Assembly: GCF_000022265.1 (NCBI RefSeq)
Contig: NC_011979.1
Location: 690,001 to 722,000, forward strand
Direction of reading: 5' to 3'
Length of the DNA stretch: 32,000 nucleotides
Source: Geotalea daltonii FRC-32
GTDB lineage: Bacteria; Desulfobacterota; Desulfuromonadia; Geobacterales; Geobacteraceae
Under the pieces are notes generated by a model. It had not been told where the DNA came from and made no database searches. It saw only the letters and a list, made by a program, of their open reading frames with translations. The position numbers and the translations under genes were made by a program. Numbering within the stretch: position 1 is the stretch's first letter; each line of letters begins with the position of its first letter. Below, one piece after another: positions 1 through 8,890 of this stretch.

Positions 1-1
1 A

Positions 2-733
2 CCGGTTTTCGGCCTCCCCGCCATCTGGATCAAGGGCCGGGACCGGGAACAGGCCCAGGTTTATGGCTATACCGTGGTTGACAACACAACCATACTGGCT
101 ACCCACATCAGCGAGATCATCAAGAAACACGCCCACGAACTGGTGGGCCGCCAGGAGCTGCAGCAGCTTCTGGACAGCCTGTCTTCGACGCTGCCCAAGG
201 TGGTCGAAGAGCTGGTTCCCTCGTTGCTGAGCCTGGGTACGGTTTTGCGGGTGGTCAAGAACCTGCTTCGGGAAAACGTCTCCATCCGCGACCTGCGCTC
301 GATTCTGGAAACCCTTGCCGATTACGGCGGGGTAACCAAGGACCCGGAAACCCTGACCGAGTTTGTCCGCCAGAGCCTCGGCCGCTACATTGTCGAACAG
401 TACAAGAGGGAGGATGATACCCTCTGGGTTCTCACTCTCGACCGTGAGGTGGAGGAATCAATCGCCGATGCGGTACAGATATCAGAGCAGGGGAGCTATC
501 TGGCCATCGAACCGGCCACCGCCCAGAAAATTCTGGCCGCGATACGCAAGGCGGCTGAGAAATTCGACCAGACCGGGACGGCGCCGGTGGTGATTGCCTC
601 CCCCAGCGTCAGAAGGCATATGAAGAAACTGACCGACCGTTACATGCCGAATCTTGCGGTGATCTCCCATAATGAAATCCCGCCCAGCATAAAAATCCAA
701 TCGATAGGGATGGTGAGTCTCGATGCTAGTTAA
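2..733 (+). CDS. flhA: Flagellar type III export gate protein FlhA, C-terminal cytoplasmic domain (5' end outside the window)
   Basis: The reading frame is open from the window edge. The translation PVFGLPAIWIKGRDREQAQVYGYTVVDNTTILATHISEIIKKHAHELVGRQE... matches the conserved FlhA C-terminal region. It is followed by flhF and flhG, as in polar-flagellar loci. Confidence 0.9.
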   Translation, partial: PVFGLPAIWIKGRDREQAQVYGYTVVDNTTILATHISEIIKKHAHELVGRQELQQLLDSLSSTLPKVVEELVPSLLSLGTVLRVVKNLLRENVSIRDLRSILETLADYGGVTKDPETLTEFVRQSLGRYIVEQYKREDDTLWVLTLDREVEESIADAVQISEQGSYLAIEPATAQKILAAIRKAAEKFDQTGTAPVVIASPSVRRHMKKLTDRYMPNLAVISHNEIPPSIKIQSIGMVSLDAS

Positions 734-2075
734 AACATTTCAGGCGGCAGATATGTCGGAGGCCTTGAAGATGGTCAAGGCCGAAATGGGGCTGGATGCA
801 ATGATCCTCTCTTCGAAACAGGAGCGGCGCAGGGGAATTCTCGGCTTTTTCTCCAAACCTTACTTCGAAGTAACGGCAGCTCTGGAACAGAAAAAAGTCC
901 AACGCCCTGTTCATTACCAGGAAAAACCTGAGCGTGAACTGAGCACCAGGGAAGAGTTCCAGAATTCCATGCTGGCGCCTCTGGCTCGGGAACTGCGGGA
1001 GCTGAGGGAGCGGGTTGAAGTGCTGGCAAAGAAGGATGCCGAAAAAAAGGAGGCCCTTTCCTCGACGGCAGCGGAAAAGTCTGAAGACGAGATCAAGCCA
1101 TTTCAACCGCAAAAGGAGGGGACTGCTCCCCGGATTTTTGCCAGGGAGGATATGGAAGAGATAAAGAAACTGCTGCTCAATGCGGTTGCAGCCAAGGAGG
1201 AGAAAGGGTCGAAGCCGGTATCGTTCCCGGTGGTCAGCACCGAGGATAAGGTGTGTGTCAAAAATTTGGCTGACGACTGCGAACTATCTGATGAAGCGCT
1301 GGAGCTTTTGGCCAATGAGCTGCGTTCGGAAGAGGTCGGCACCGACAGCATTCATGCCCTGCTTGAGCTGATCAGGCCTGCAGCCGAACTGGGTGAAGAG
1401 TTGGAGGCGCTGAGGGAGCGGCTTGTTGATGCCTTTGCCGGGATCATCAAATGTTCCGGCCCCTTGCGTCTCAGAAAGACCGGCCCGCGCATCATGGCCA
1501 CAGTAGGCCCCACCGGGGTCGGCAAGACCACCACCATAGCCAAGCTGGCCGCCATGTACGCCCTGAACCGCGGGGCGCGTGTCGCCATGGTCACCACCGA
1601 TAATTTCAGGGTCGGCGCCGTTGAGCAGCTGAAGACCTATTCCAAAATAATGGATGTGCCGCTGGAAGTGGCCGCCACTGCCAAGGAGCTTGAGGCTGTT
1701 TTGGCGAAACATGCGGACAAGGACCTGATCCTCATCGATACGGCCGGCAGAAGTCCCAAAGACCGGGAAAAGCTGGAGGAACTGAAGGTCTACCTGGAAT
1801 CCTGTCCCGGCATCGAGACCTATCTCTGTATTTCCGCCACCACCAGAGACCGGGAGATGAATGAAATCGTCGCCCAATACAGCCTGCTTCCCATTACCCG
1901 ACTGCTCTTCACCAAGCTTGATGAGAGCGAAAGTTACGGCTGTATTGTCAACGCCCAAGTGCGTAACAGGTTTCCGCTTTCCTATTTCACCACTGGACAG
2001 AAGGTACCTGAGGACATCGAAGTGGCGACGGCCCGAAAACTGGCCAACCTGGTGCTGAGGGAGACGGAGAAATGA
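723..2075 (+). CDS. flhF: Flagellar biosynthesis SRP-type GTPase FlhF
   Basis: ATG 723 overlaps the flhA stop by 11 nt. The N-terminus MLVKTFQAADMSEALKMVKAEMGLDAMILS is typical of FlhF. GTPase motifs GPTGVGKTTTIAKLA, LIDTAGRS and FTKLDES are present. Confidence 0.9.
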   Translation: MLVKTFQAADMSEALKMVKAEMGLDAMILSSKQERRRGILGFFSKPYFEVTAALEQKKVQRPVHYQEKPERELSTREEFQNSMLAPLARELRELRERVEVLAKKDAEKKEALSSTAAEKSEDEIKPFQPQKEGTAPRIFAREDMEEIKKLLLNAVAAKEEKGSKPVSFPVVSTEDKVCVKNLADDCELSDEALELLANELRSEEVGTDSIHALLELIRPAAELGEELEALRERLVDAFAGIIKCSGPLRLRKTGPRIMATVGPTGVGKTTTIAKLAAMYALNRGARVAMVTTDNFRVGAVEQLKTYSKIMDVPLEVAATAKELEAVLAKHADKDLILIDTAGRSPKDREKLEELKVYLESCPGIETYLCISATTRDREMNEIVAQYSLLPITRLLFTKLDESESYGCIVNAQVRNRFPLSYFTTGQKVPEDIEVATARKLANLVLRETEK

Positions 2076-2992
2076 GCAGCGATCAGGCTGACACCCTGCG
2101 GCAGCTGGCCGGCACCGTTAATGTTACCCGGCGCGATGTGGACCTTTATGCAGGAAGGATCAGCAGCCGCCAGGATATCCGCGTGATATCGGTAACCAGC
2201 GGTAAAGGGGGCGTCGGCAAGAGCAATGTGGTGGTTAATCTGGCGGTGTCTCTGGCAAACCAGGGGAAAAAAGTGCTGGTGATTGATGCCGATCTGGGGG
2301 TGGGAAACATCGATATCCTTCTCGGCCTGCGCCCTGTATTCACCATGAATCATGTCCTGTCCGGCGAAAAGAGCCTGAATGAGATCATCATCAGTGCAGC
2401 GGGGGGGATAAAAGTGGTACCTGCCGGACTGGGAGTGCAGGAATATACCAGTCTCGGTACGCCGGAGCGGCTCAAACTCCTTGATGAGCTGGACAGGCTG
2501 GAAGAAGATTTCGATGTCTTTATCATCGACACCGAGGCGGGGATTTCGGAAAACGTCACCTATTTCAACGTGGCGGCCCGGGAGATCCTGGTAGTTGTCA
2601 CTCCTGAACCCACCTCCATAACCGACGTTTATGCACTGATCAAACTGTTGTCGACCCGTTACGGTGAACGGCATTTCAAGGTGCTGGTCAATATGGCCAG
2701 GGACCAGAAGGACGCGGTGGGGGTCTATGACAAGCTTTATAATGTAGCGGACCGTTTTCTCGATGTATCCATGGATTTTATGGGTTGCATATTGCGGGAT
2801 GACCTGGTGGGTGAGGCGGTAAGAAGGCAAAAGCCGGTTTGCCAGCTGTACCCTAATGGCAAGGCCTCCCGTTGTTACACTGCACTGGCGAGAAGGATAA
2901 TGGCAAGCGGCTGCGACAACCGGCTGAAGGGAAATATCCAGTTCTTGTCCCGGAAAAATTTCCCCAGCACCGCAGGATTGGAGTGTATATGA
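2072..2992 (+). CDS. flhG: MinD/ParA-type flagellar number regulator ATPase FlhG (FleN/YlxH)
   Basis: ATGA start/stop overlap with flhF. Deviant Walker A SGKGGVGKS and C-terminal amphipathic tail LKGNIQFLSRKNF. Its position between flhF and fliA fits FlhG. Confidence 0.85.
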   Translation: MSSDQADTLRQLAGTVNVTRRDVDLYAGRISSRQDIRVISVTSGKGGVGKSNVVVNLAVSLANQGKKVLVIDADLGVGNIDILLGLRPVFTMNHVLSGEKSLNEIIISAAGGIKVVPAGLGVQEYTSLGTPERLKLLDELDRLEEDFDVFIIDTEAGISENVTYFNVAAREILVVVTPEPTSITDVYALIKLLSTRYGERHFKVLVNMARDQKDAVGVYDKLYNVADRFLDVSMDFMGCILRDDLVGEAVRRQKPVCQLYPNGKASRCYTALARRIMASGCDNRLKGNIQFLSRKNFPSTAGLECI

Positions 2993-3744
2993 ACTGTCTT
3001 CTCAAGGCTTACGAACAAGAGGCTCAACGTACTGCTATCCCCGACAGGGACGAACTGGTGGTTTCCCACCTGCCCCTGGTGAAATTCCTGGTGGACAGGA
3101 TTGCTTCCGCTCTTCCCCCGCACCTGGACCGGGATGACTTGAGGAGTGCAGCCGTAATTGGACTTATTTCCGCTGCAGAACGTTTTGATCCGACCCGGGG
3201 TGTCATGTTCAAGACCTTTGCCGAGCAGCGCATCAGGGGCACCATCATGGATGAGCTTCGCTCCCAGGATTGGCTGACTCGCTCCCTGCGGGATAAGTTC
3301 AAACGCCTGGAGCGTGAGTTTTCTGCCCTGGAGCAGCGCTTGGGGAGAAACCCCTCCAGCGACGAGGTCGCTGCGGCCATGGGACTGGATCTTGAGGCCT
3401 ACTTTCACCTTCTGGAAGAGATCCATTTCCTTTCCTTTGTCAGCCTCGATGATGCCTGGATGGATGAAGACGGCAGCCCGCTGGGGCTCCTGGACGTACT
3501 GGAGGATAAGGGGATCGAGAGTCCGCAGAATCAGCTTATTGCCCGGCAAACCGTGGAAAACCTGGCCGAAGCCATCGATAACCTCCCTGAAAAGGAGCGG
3601 ATCGTCATTACCCTTTACTATTACGAGGAGATGAACCTGAAGGAGATCGGCGCCGTGCTCCATTTGACCGAGTCGCGGATTTCGCAGCTGCACAGCCAGG
3701 CATTGCTCCGTTTGCGGGGCAGGATGAAGCTTCATCGGCCATGA
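2989..3744 (+). CDS. fliA: Flagellar sigma factor sigma-28 (FliA)
   Basis: Start placed at ATG 2989 (ATGA overlap with the flhG stop); the longer ORF from 2872 lies inside flhG. Sigma-70 family region 2 (DDLRSAAVIGLISAAERFDP..FKTFAEQRIRGTIMDELR) and region 4 HTH (EEMNLKEIGAVLHLTESRISQLHSQAL) are recognisable. Confidence 0.9.
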   Translation: MNCLLKAYEQEAQRTAIPDRDELVVSHLPLVKFLVDRIASALPPHLDRDDLRSAAVIGLISAAERFDPTRGVMFKTFAEQRIRGTIMDELRSQDWLTRSLRDKFKRLEREFSALEQRLGRNPSSDEVAAAMGLDLEAYFHLLEEIHFLSFVSLDDAWMDEDGSPLGLLDVLEDKGIESPQNQLIARQTVENLAEAIDNLPEKERIVITLYYYEEMNLKEIGAVLHLTESRISQLHSQALLRLRGRMKLHRP

Positions 3745-3798
3745 CAGGTTTTGAAAAGGATTTGGCGGTCACAAGCCCTTCTACAAAAGGAGCATTAA

Positions 3799-4533
3799 AT
3801 GAACAGCGGTCTTTATGCGGCACTCTCAGGCAACCTGGCGGCCATGCGCAGGCTGGATGTGATCAGCAACAATCTGGCTAACGCCAATACCGCCGGTTTC
3901 AAGGGCGATCGCCTGCAATTCGAGAGTGTTCTTGCTTCATCGAAGAGCCAGTCACAAGCGGCAGCCAGCCCCAATGACTCACCGGTATTCAGCAGTGAAA
4001 TATTTTTTACTGACTATTCACCCGGACCGCTCAAGCAGACCGGCAACACCCTGGATGTGGCCCTTGACGGGGACGGTTTCTTTGTCGTCAATACGCCCCA
4101 GGGGAGGGCCTACACCAGGCAGGGCAACTTCCGGATGGACTCCGCAGGGCGACTGGTGACCAGCGAAGGTTACGAGGTGCAGGGTGGGGGGCCGATCACC
4201 GTCAACGGTGGCCGTGTGGACATCGATGCCAAGGGGGCAATTCTCGTGGACGGGACACCTGCCGGGACCCTGGACATCGTCGATTTCCAGAAGCCGTACG
4301 CTTTGCAGAAATTGGGCGAAGGTCTCTTCATCCCGGCCAATCCCCAGGAAACGCCGGTGAACGTAACGACGACCACCGTGCAGCAGGGGGCCCTGGAGGG
4401 ATCCAATGTCAACGTGGTTGCCGAGATGGTCCGGATGATAGAAACGACCCGCTACTTCGAATCCTGCCAGAAAGTGGTGAGAAGCTACGATGACATTACG
4501 GGAAAGGCAGCCAATGACCTGGGAAGGGTTTAA
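3799..4533 (+). CDS. flgF: Flagellar basal-body rod protein FlgF
   Basis: AAAGGAG SD lies upstream of ATG 3799. The rod-family N-terminus is MNSGLYAALSGNLAAMRRLDVISNNLANANTAGFKGDR, and the C-terminal motif is GALEGSNVNVVAEMVRMIETTRYFE. At 244 aa and immediately upstream of flgG. Confidence 0.85.
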   Translation: MNSGLYAALSGNLAAMRRLDVISNNLANANTAGFKGDRLQFESVLASSKSQSQAAASPNDSPVFSSEIFFTDYSPGPLKQTGNTLDVALDGDGFFVVNTPQGRAYTRQGNFRMDSAGRLVTSEGYEVQGGGPITVNGGRVDIDAKGAILVDGTPAGTLDIVDFQKPYALQKLGEGLFIPANPQETPVNVTTTTVQQGALEGSNVNVVAEMVRMIETTRYFESCQKVVRSYDDITGKAANDLGRV

Positions 4534-4627
4534 AAACCGTTCGAAGTTCGGGTTCGAAGTTCGAGGTTGAAGGCACAAACCTAGAGCGAACATCGAACTT
4601 CGAACATCGAACATCGAACTTAGTTTT
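4533..4627. repeat. Long imperfect inverted repeat built from tandem 6-7 nt units (GTTCGAA/GTTCGGG... facing CGAACAT/CGAACTT...), predicted about 28 bp hairpin in the flgF-flgG spacer
   Basis: Hand pairing gives three paired blocks: 4539-4544 with 4614-4619, 4546-4550 with 4608-4612, and 4552-4564 with 4593-4605 (13 consecutive bp). AAAA/TTTT flanks are at 4533-4536 and 4624-4627. The element ends 4 nt before the flgG SD (GGAGG). Confidence 0.7.
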
Positions 4628-4641
4628 AACGGAGGTTATCA

Positions 4642-5430
4642 ATGATCAGGGCATTATGGACGGCAGCATCAGGGATGCAGGCTCAGCAATTGAATATCGA
4701 CGTGGTTGCCAACAACCTGGCCAACGTCAACACCACCGGCTTCAAGAAGAGCCGTGCCGATTTCCATGACCTCATGTACCAGAGCATGAAGACCAGTGGC
4801 GCCCCATCAACCAATGCCACCCAGATCCCCACCGGTATCCAGGTGGGCCTTGGCTCAAAGCCGGCAGCAGTCACCAAGATATTCACCACCGGTAACGTCA
4901 CCCAGACCGGCAACGAGCTGGATGTGGCCATCGAGGGAGATGGTTTTTTCCAGATACAGATGCCAGATGGCTCCACTGAATATACCCGGGCCGGTGCCTT
5001 CAAAAAAGACAGCCAGGGGCGTGTCGTCACTTCCGAGGGATACCCGCTTCTGCCGGAGGTGGTCATTCCCAACAATACCACGAGCATTACCATCGGCAAC
5101 GATGGTACTGTTTCGGTCATCCAGTCGGGACAGACCTCCCCGACCAGCGTAGGCACCATCCAGCTGGCCACCTTTTCCAACCCGGCCGGACTCTCCAGCC
5201 AGGGGCATAATCTCTTTAAGGAGACCGAATCATCGGGGGCGGCAACCACCGGCACTTCCGGGCAAAACGGCATCGGCACACTCAGCCAGGGCTATCTGGA
5301 AATGAGCAATGTCAGCGTCGCCGAGGAGATGGTCAACATGATCGTCGGCCAGAGGGCGTACGAGATCAATTCCAAAGCGGTGCAGGCGGCAGATGAGATG
5401 CTGCAGACGGCCAACAACCTGAAACGGTAA
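4642..5430 (+). CDS. flgG: Flagellar distal rod protein FlgG
   Basis: GGAGG SD lies upstream of ATG 4642. N-terminus [41 protein letters not shown] and C-terminus [39 protein letters not shown] are typical FlgG. Confidence 0.9.
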   Translation: MIRALWTAASGMQAQQLNIDVVANNLANVNTTGFKKSRADFHDLMYQSMKTSGAPSTNATQIPTGIQVGLGSKPAAVTKIFTTGNVTQTGNELDVAIEGDGFFQIQMPDGSTEYTRAGAFKKDSQGRVVTSEGYPLLPEVVIPNNTTSITIGNDGTVSVIQSGQTSPTSVGTIQLATFSNPAGLSSQGHNLFKETESSGAATTGTSGQNGIGTLSQGYLEMSNVSVAEEMVNMIVGQRAYEINSKAVQAADEMLQTANNLKR

Positions 5431-5434
5431 ATAG

Positions 5435-5615
5435 GGGACGAGTCTTTTCCGCGATTTCTTCGTTCGTCTGCAGGATTGCTTGTGACTCGGCTCCGCCTCG
5501 CCCGTCGGGCAGCCTAAAGCTGTCAACTTTCGTTACACGAAAGTTTGCGACGGATTGAGACGAGGCCTCCGCACAATCCTTTGCCTGCCTTGAACTCACG
5601 AAAAAATCTCGTCCC
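5435..5615 (+). other. About 180 nt nested imperfect palindrome filling the flgG-flgA spacer (possible structured RNA or attenuator)
   Basis: Nested complementary blocks were read by hand. GGGACGAG 5435-5442 pairs with CTCGTCCC 5608-5615. GGATTG 5473-5478 pairs with CAATCC 5574-5579. GCCTCG 5495-5500 pairs with CGAGGC 5561-5566. CGTCG 5503-5507 pairs with CGACG 5548-5552. The central perfect 9 bp hairpin is AACTTTCGT-tac-ACGAAAGTT (5525-5545). Confidence 0.5.
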
Positions 5616-5628
5616 AGAAAGTGTGACG

Positions 5629-6336
5629 ATGAAGGTCTTATTATCAACGGTATTAATGCTTCTGGTTCTCAGTACATCATCGGCCCTGGCCACAAACCAG
5701 ACGGTGAAGGAGGCGGAGGTTCGCCGGGTGGTTAACGATTACCTGCAGCAGAAGTGCGACAATCTGGGACTGGAGATCAACATCAAAAAAATCGCCTACA
5801 GCGGTGATTTGTCACTTTCTGCCGGCGACCTGAGTTATGAAGTGGTGGCGCCAGACCGCTGGGAAGGGTGGGGCAGCGCCAATCTTGCCCTAATCGTCCG
5901 GGTTGACGGGCGGGTCGAGCGAAATGTGCCGGTCAAGGTGGAGGTGGAGGCCATGGCCGAGATGGTGGTGGCGGTCCGTCCCCTTGAGCGCGGCGAAGTT
6001 ATCGATGCGGCAGACGTGGCGGTGCAGAAGCGGGGACTTTCCCGGCTGCAGGGCCGCTTTGTCCGTGATGTGGACGAAGTTGTAGGAAAAAGGGTACGCA
6101 CCGCCATTCGCGGCAACAATCCCATCAGACCGGATTTTCTGGAAAGAGTGCCGCTGATTAAAAGCGGCCAACTGGTTACCATCGTGGCGGAAAACGAATC
6201 GTTACGCATAACGGCTGCCGGCAAGGCCAGGAACTCGGGGGCGGAAGGAGATACGGTAATGGTGAGGAATCTTGCCTCCCAGAAAGAACTTCCGGCACGG
6301 GTTATCGATGCTGAAACGGTGAAGGTGGATTTTTGA
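5629..6336 (+). CDS. flgA: Flagellar P-ring assembly chaperone FlgA
   Basis: Start placed at ATG 5629, which gives the signal peptide MKVLLSTVLMLLVLSTSSALA. The track ORF start 5545 is a TTG inside the palindromic spacer. The C-terminal FlgA/SAF-like region is GKRVRTAIRGNNPIRPDFLERVPLIKSGQLVTIV...GDTVMVRNLASQKELPARV. Confidence 0.8.
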   Translation: MKVLLSTVLMLLVLSTSSALATNQTVKEAEVRRVVNDYLQQKCDNLGLEINIKKIAYSGDLSLSAGDLSYEVVAPDRWEGWGSANLALIVRVDGRVERNVPVKVEVEAMAEMVVAVRPLERGEVIDAADVAVQKRGLSRLQGRFVRDVDEVVGKRVRTAIRGNNPIRPDFLERVPLIKSGQLVTIVAENESLRITAAGKARNSGAEGDTVMVRNLASQKELPARVIDAETVKVDF

Positions 6337-6338
6337 CC

Positions 6339-7031
6339 ATGAATATTCAAAGCACGCCGGCAAAATACCTGATGCTTGCGGTACTGTTACTGCTGCCAGC
6401 CTGTTCCTTCCAGAGCTCGGAAATCAGGACTCCCACCTTTGACGAACAGATGCAGCAGGCAAAGCCTACCTATACCAGCGGATCGATCTGGCAGGATTCT
6501 TCCACCGGCATTACCGAGGATCTCAAGGCACGCAGGAGAGGGGATACTCTCACCGTGGTCATTACGGAACAGGCGAGCGCTAGTAAACAGGCCACTACCG
6601 GAACCAGCCGCGGCAGCACCATTTCCGCCGGCATTCCCAATCTGATGGGGCTGGAGACCAACATCACAGGCATAAGTAACTGGATGGACCTGAGCAATCT
6701 CCTGAACGCCAGCTATGACTCCAAATATGACGGCAGTGGCAAAACAACCCGCGAAGAAAACCTGCGCGCCACCATCACCGCCAAGGTCATCGATGTCATC
6801 GGCAATGGCAACCTGCTCATTGAGGGGAAGCGCAATGTGAAGGTGAACAACGAGGATCAGATAATCGTCCTCACCGGCACCGTCCGCACCCGCGACATCA
6901 GCTCGGACAACGTGGTTAACTCCATTTACATTGCCGATGCCCGCATCAACTACAGCGGCAAAGGGGTCATAAGCGACCGGCAGCGGCCGGGCTGGCTGAT
7001 GGGGATACTGGACGTCATCTGGCCATTTTAG
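6339..7031 (+). CDS. flgH: Flagellar L-ring lipoprotein FlgH
   Basis: ATG 6339 lies 9 nt after the AAGGTGGA SD; the track start 6333 is TTG. Lipoprotein signal with lipobox LLLPAC. Conserved FlgH core GDTLTVVITEQASASKQATT...GNLLIEGKRNVKVNNEDQIIVLTGTVRTRDI. Confidence 0.9.
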   Translation: MNIQSTPAKYLMLAVLLLLPACSFQSSEIRTPTFDEQMQQAKPTYTSGSIWQDSSTGITEDLKARRRGDTLTVVITEQASASKQATTGTSRGSTISAGIPNLMGLETNITGISNWMDLSNLLNASYDSKYDGSGKTTREENLRATITAKVIDVIGNGNLLIEGKRNVKVNNEDQIIVLTGTVRTRDISSDNVVNSIYIADARINYSGKGVISDRQRPGWLMGILDVIWPF

Positions 7032-7092
7032 CTTCGAAAACTTTGGCCGAGGGCTGTGGTGTTGCTGCAGCAAAAGAGGGATAAAGACGAAA

Positions 7093-8187
7093 ATGACCAG
7101 GAGAACCTGTACGATATTGCTGCTGCTGCTTTTGTTGCCACAACTGGCGCTGGCGGTACGGATCAAGGACATTGCCGCATTCGACGGGGTACGTGACAAC
7201 CAGTTGCTGGGGTACGGCCTCGTGGTCGGACTGAACGGCAGTGGTGACAGCGACCAGACCAAGTTTCCCGTTCAATCCCTGGTCAATACCCTGGAGCGAA
7301 TGGGGATCACCATCAACCGAGCCGACATTACGGTGAAGAATGTGGCGGCGGTTATGGTGACCGCTTCTCTGCCCCCCTTCGCCAAGCAGGGCAATACCCT
7401 CGATGTTCTCGTCTCATCGGTGGGAGATGCCAAGAGCCTGGCCGGGGGAACCCTGCTCATGACCCCCCTGAAAGGTGGCGACAGCCAGATCTACGCCGTC
7501 GCCCAGGGGGCGGTCCTTACCAACTCCTTTTCCTACGGCGGCCAGGCCGCTTCCGTGCAGAAAAATCACCCGACAGCCGGACGTGTACCGGCTGGCGCCC
7601 TGGTGGAAAGGGAACTGCCCAACGTACTGGCCGGGCGCAATGTGCTGCGCCTTAACTTGCATCAGCCTGACTTCACAACGGCCTCCAGAATTGCTGCGGC
7701 CGTCAATGGTAAATTCAAGGCACAGGTTGCTTCACTGACCGATCCGGGATCGGTGCAGCTGGCAATGCCCGATGGGTTTATCGGCAGACCGGTGGAATTC
7801 GTGGCTGAGCTGGAACGGCTTGAGGTGACCCCGGACGTTATGGCGAAAGTGGTGCTCAATGAGCGTACCGGCACCATCGTTATCGGCGAAAACGTGCGTA
7901 TTTCCGCAGTGGCAGTTTCCCATGGCAACCTGACCCTCTATGTGAAGGAGACACCGAAAGTTTCTCAGCCCGCACCGCTAGGGACAGGCGAAACCAAGGT
8001 CGTACCTCGGACCTCGGTTAAGGTAAAGGAAGAACGCGGCAGCCTGGCGATTGTTCCGCAGGGGACAAACATCAGCGATGTGGTGCGAGCCCTCAACGCA
8101 CTTGGGGTAACCCCCCGCGACCTGATCGGCATCATGCAGGCGATCAAGGCAGCCGGGGCACTGAATGCTGAATTGTCCGTCATTTAA
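7093..8187 (+). CDS. flgI: Flagellar P-ring protein FlgI
   Basis: Signal peptide ending in LALA, followed by the conserved VRIKDIAAFDGVRDNQLLGYGLVVGLNGSGD. C-terminus ISDVVRALNALGVTPRDLIGIMQAIKAAGALNAEL. Confidence 0.95.
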   Translation: MTRRTCTILLLLLLLPQLALAVRIKDIAAFDGVRDNQLLGYGLVVGLNGSGDSDQTKFPVQSLVNTLERMGITINRADITVKNVAAVMVTASLPPFAKQGNTLDVLVSSVGDAKSLAGGTLLMTPLKGGDSQIYAVAQGAVLTNSFSYGGQAASVQKNHPTAGRVPAGALVERELPNVLAGRNVLRLNLHQPDFTTASRIAAAVNGKFKAQVASLTDPGSVQLAMPDGFIGRPVEFVAELERLEVTPDVMAKVVLNERTGTIVIGENVRISAVAVSHGNLTLYVKETPKVSQPAPLGTGETKVVPRTSVKVKEERGSLAIVPQGTNISDVVRALNALGVTPRDLIGIMQAIKAAGALNAELSVI

Positions 8188-8570
8188 TGGGGTCGAATAA
8201 CAGACTATCGACAAAAGGACAAACCATGGAGATCAAAGCAACCGTCTTGCCGGTAGCGCTTGTAGACAGCACCGGGACACAATCCCTAAAGCTCGGGCAG
8301 CAGTCTGCCGAAAAGAATAACATGGCCATCAGGAAGGCGGCCAGGGAGTTCGAGAGCCTTTTTGTCGGCATGATGCTTAAATCAATGCGCGAGACGGTCG
8401 GCAAGGACAAGCTGACCGGCGGCGGTCATGGTGAAGAGGCATATCAGTCTCTTCTCGACCAGGAATATGCAAAGGCTGCGGCCGAAAACGGGAGCTTGGG
8501 CCTTGCCCGCACAATTGAAAAGCAGTTGCTGGCGGAGGGGGCGGGAAAGAAAAAGCCCGACAAGGATTAA
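8187..8570 (+). CDS. flgJ: Rod-binding protein (FlgJ N-terminal-domain-only type; no muramidase domain)
   Basis: TAATG overlap with the flgI stop. An alternative start at ATG 8226 lies after AAGGA. The rod-binding motif is AAREFESLFVGMMLKSMRETV...EAYQSLLDQEYAKAAAENGSLGLARTIEKQL. At only 127 aa it has no glycoside hydrolase domain. Confidence 0.75.
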   Translation: MGSNNRLSTKGQTMEIKATVLPVALVDSTGTQSLKLGQQSAEKNNMAIRKAAREFESLFVGMMLKSMRETVGKDKLTGGGHGEEAYQSLLDQEYAKAAAENGSLGLARTIEKQLLAEGAGKKKPDKD

Positions 8571-8606
8571 GGCCCACAAGTTTTCCTGACGAAAGGTGGT
8601 TTTTCA

Positions 8607-8888
8607 GTGAAAGTAGATCAACAGAGCCAGGTTCACACCATTGATTTCTACCACGGAAGAACCGCAGCGGCAGATGCAGTAACCGGCAGCGGCAGGCAGA
8701 TTGATATCATCGAAATTTCTCCTGCCACCAGGGAAATAGATGCACTGAAGAAATCGGTCGCCACCCTGCCGGAGATGAGACTGGACCGGGTGGCATTGAT
8801 GAAGCAGCAGCTGGGCTTCGGCGCATACAGGATCGATGCCGAGTTTGTTGCGGCAAAGATGATCGAGAACCATGCAACTGGAGGTTAA
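8607..8888 (+). CDS. flgM: Anti-sigma-28 factor FlgM
   Basis: GTG start lies after the AAGGTGG SD. The protein is small (93 aa). The FlgM-like C-terminus is EMRLDRVALMKQQLGFGAYRIDAEFVAAKMIE. Its position before flgN-flgK-flgL fits FlgM. Confidence 0.7.
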   Translation: MKVDQQSQVHTIDFYHGRTAAADAVTGSGRQIDIIEISPATREIDALKKSVATLPEMRLDRVALMKQQLGFGAYRIDAEFVAAKMIENHATGG

Positions 8889-8890
8889 GG

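Noticed and set aside
3745-3798. TTGGCGG...AGCC upstream of flgF as a sigma-54 promoter
   Set aside because: The GG to GC spacing is one nucleotide short of the invariant -24/-12 geometry, and the -12 TTGC is absent.
5545-5628. TTG-initiated extension of flgA
   Set aside because: It lies within the palindromic spacer and encodes no signal peptide. ATG 5629 gives a canonical signal sequence.
5431-5628. Possible c-di-GMP (GEMM-I) riboswitch in the structured flgG-flgA spacer, since such riboswitches are frequent near motility genes in Geobacter
   Set aside because: I could not find the conserved GEMM-I core elements (a GGCAAA-type P1 segment, the ACGCAAAGC junction, a GNRA tetraloop with receptor arrangement). 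Only a loose resemblance exists (GACGAGGCCTCCG). An Infernal scan is needed for certainty.
7062-7073. 12 bp perfect palindrome TTGCTGCAGCAA upstream of flgI
   Set aside because: It is short, loop-less and centred on a common hexamer, with no flanking promoter elements. It is probably chance.
1982-7262. Long antisense ORFs opposite flhG (1982-2830), fliA (2875-3735) and flgH/flgI (6387-7262), plus 25460-26380 opposite the TPR-methyltransferase gene
   Set aside because: Each lies entirely within or across confidently identified genes on the other strand. Their translations lack motifs and have skewed composition. I treat them as shadow ORFs.
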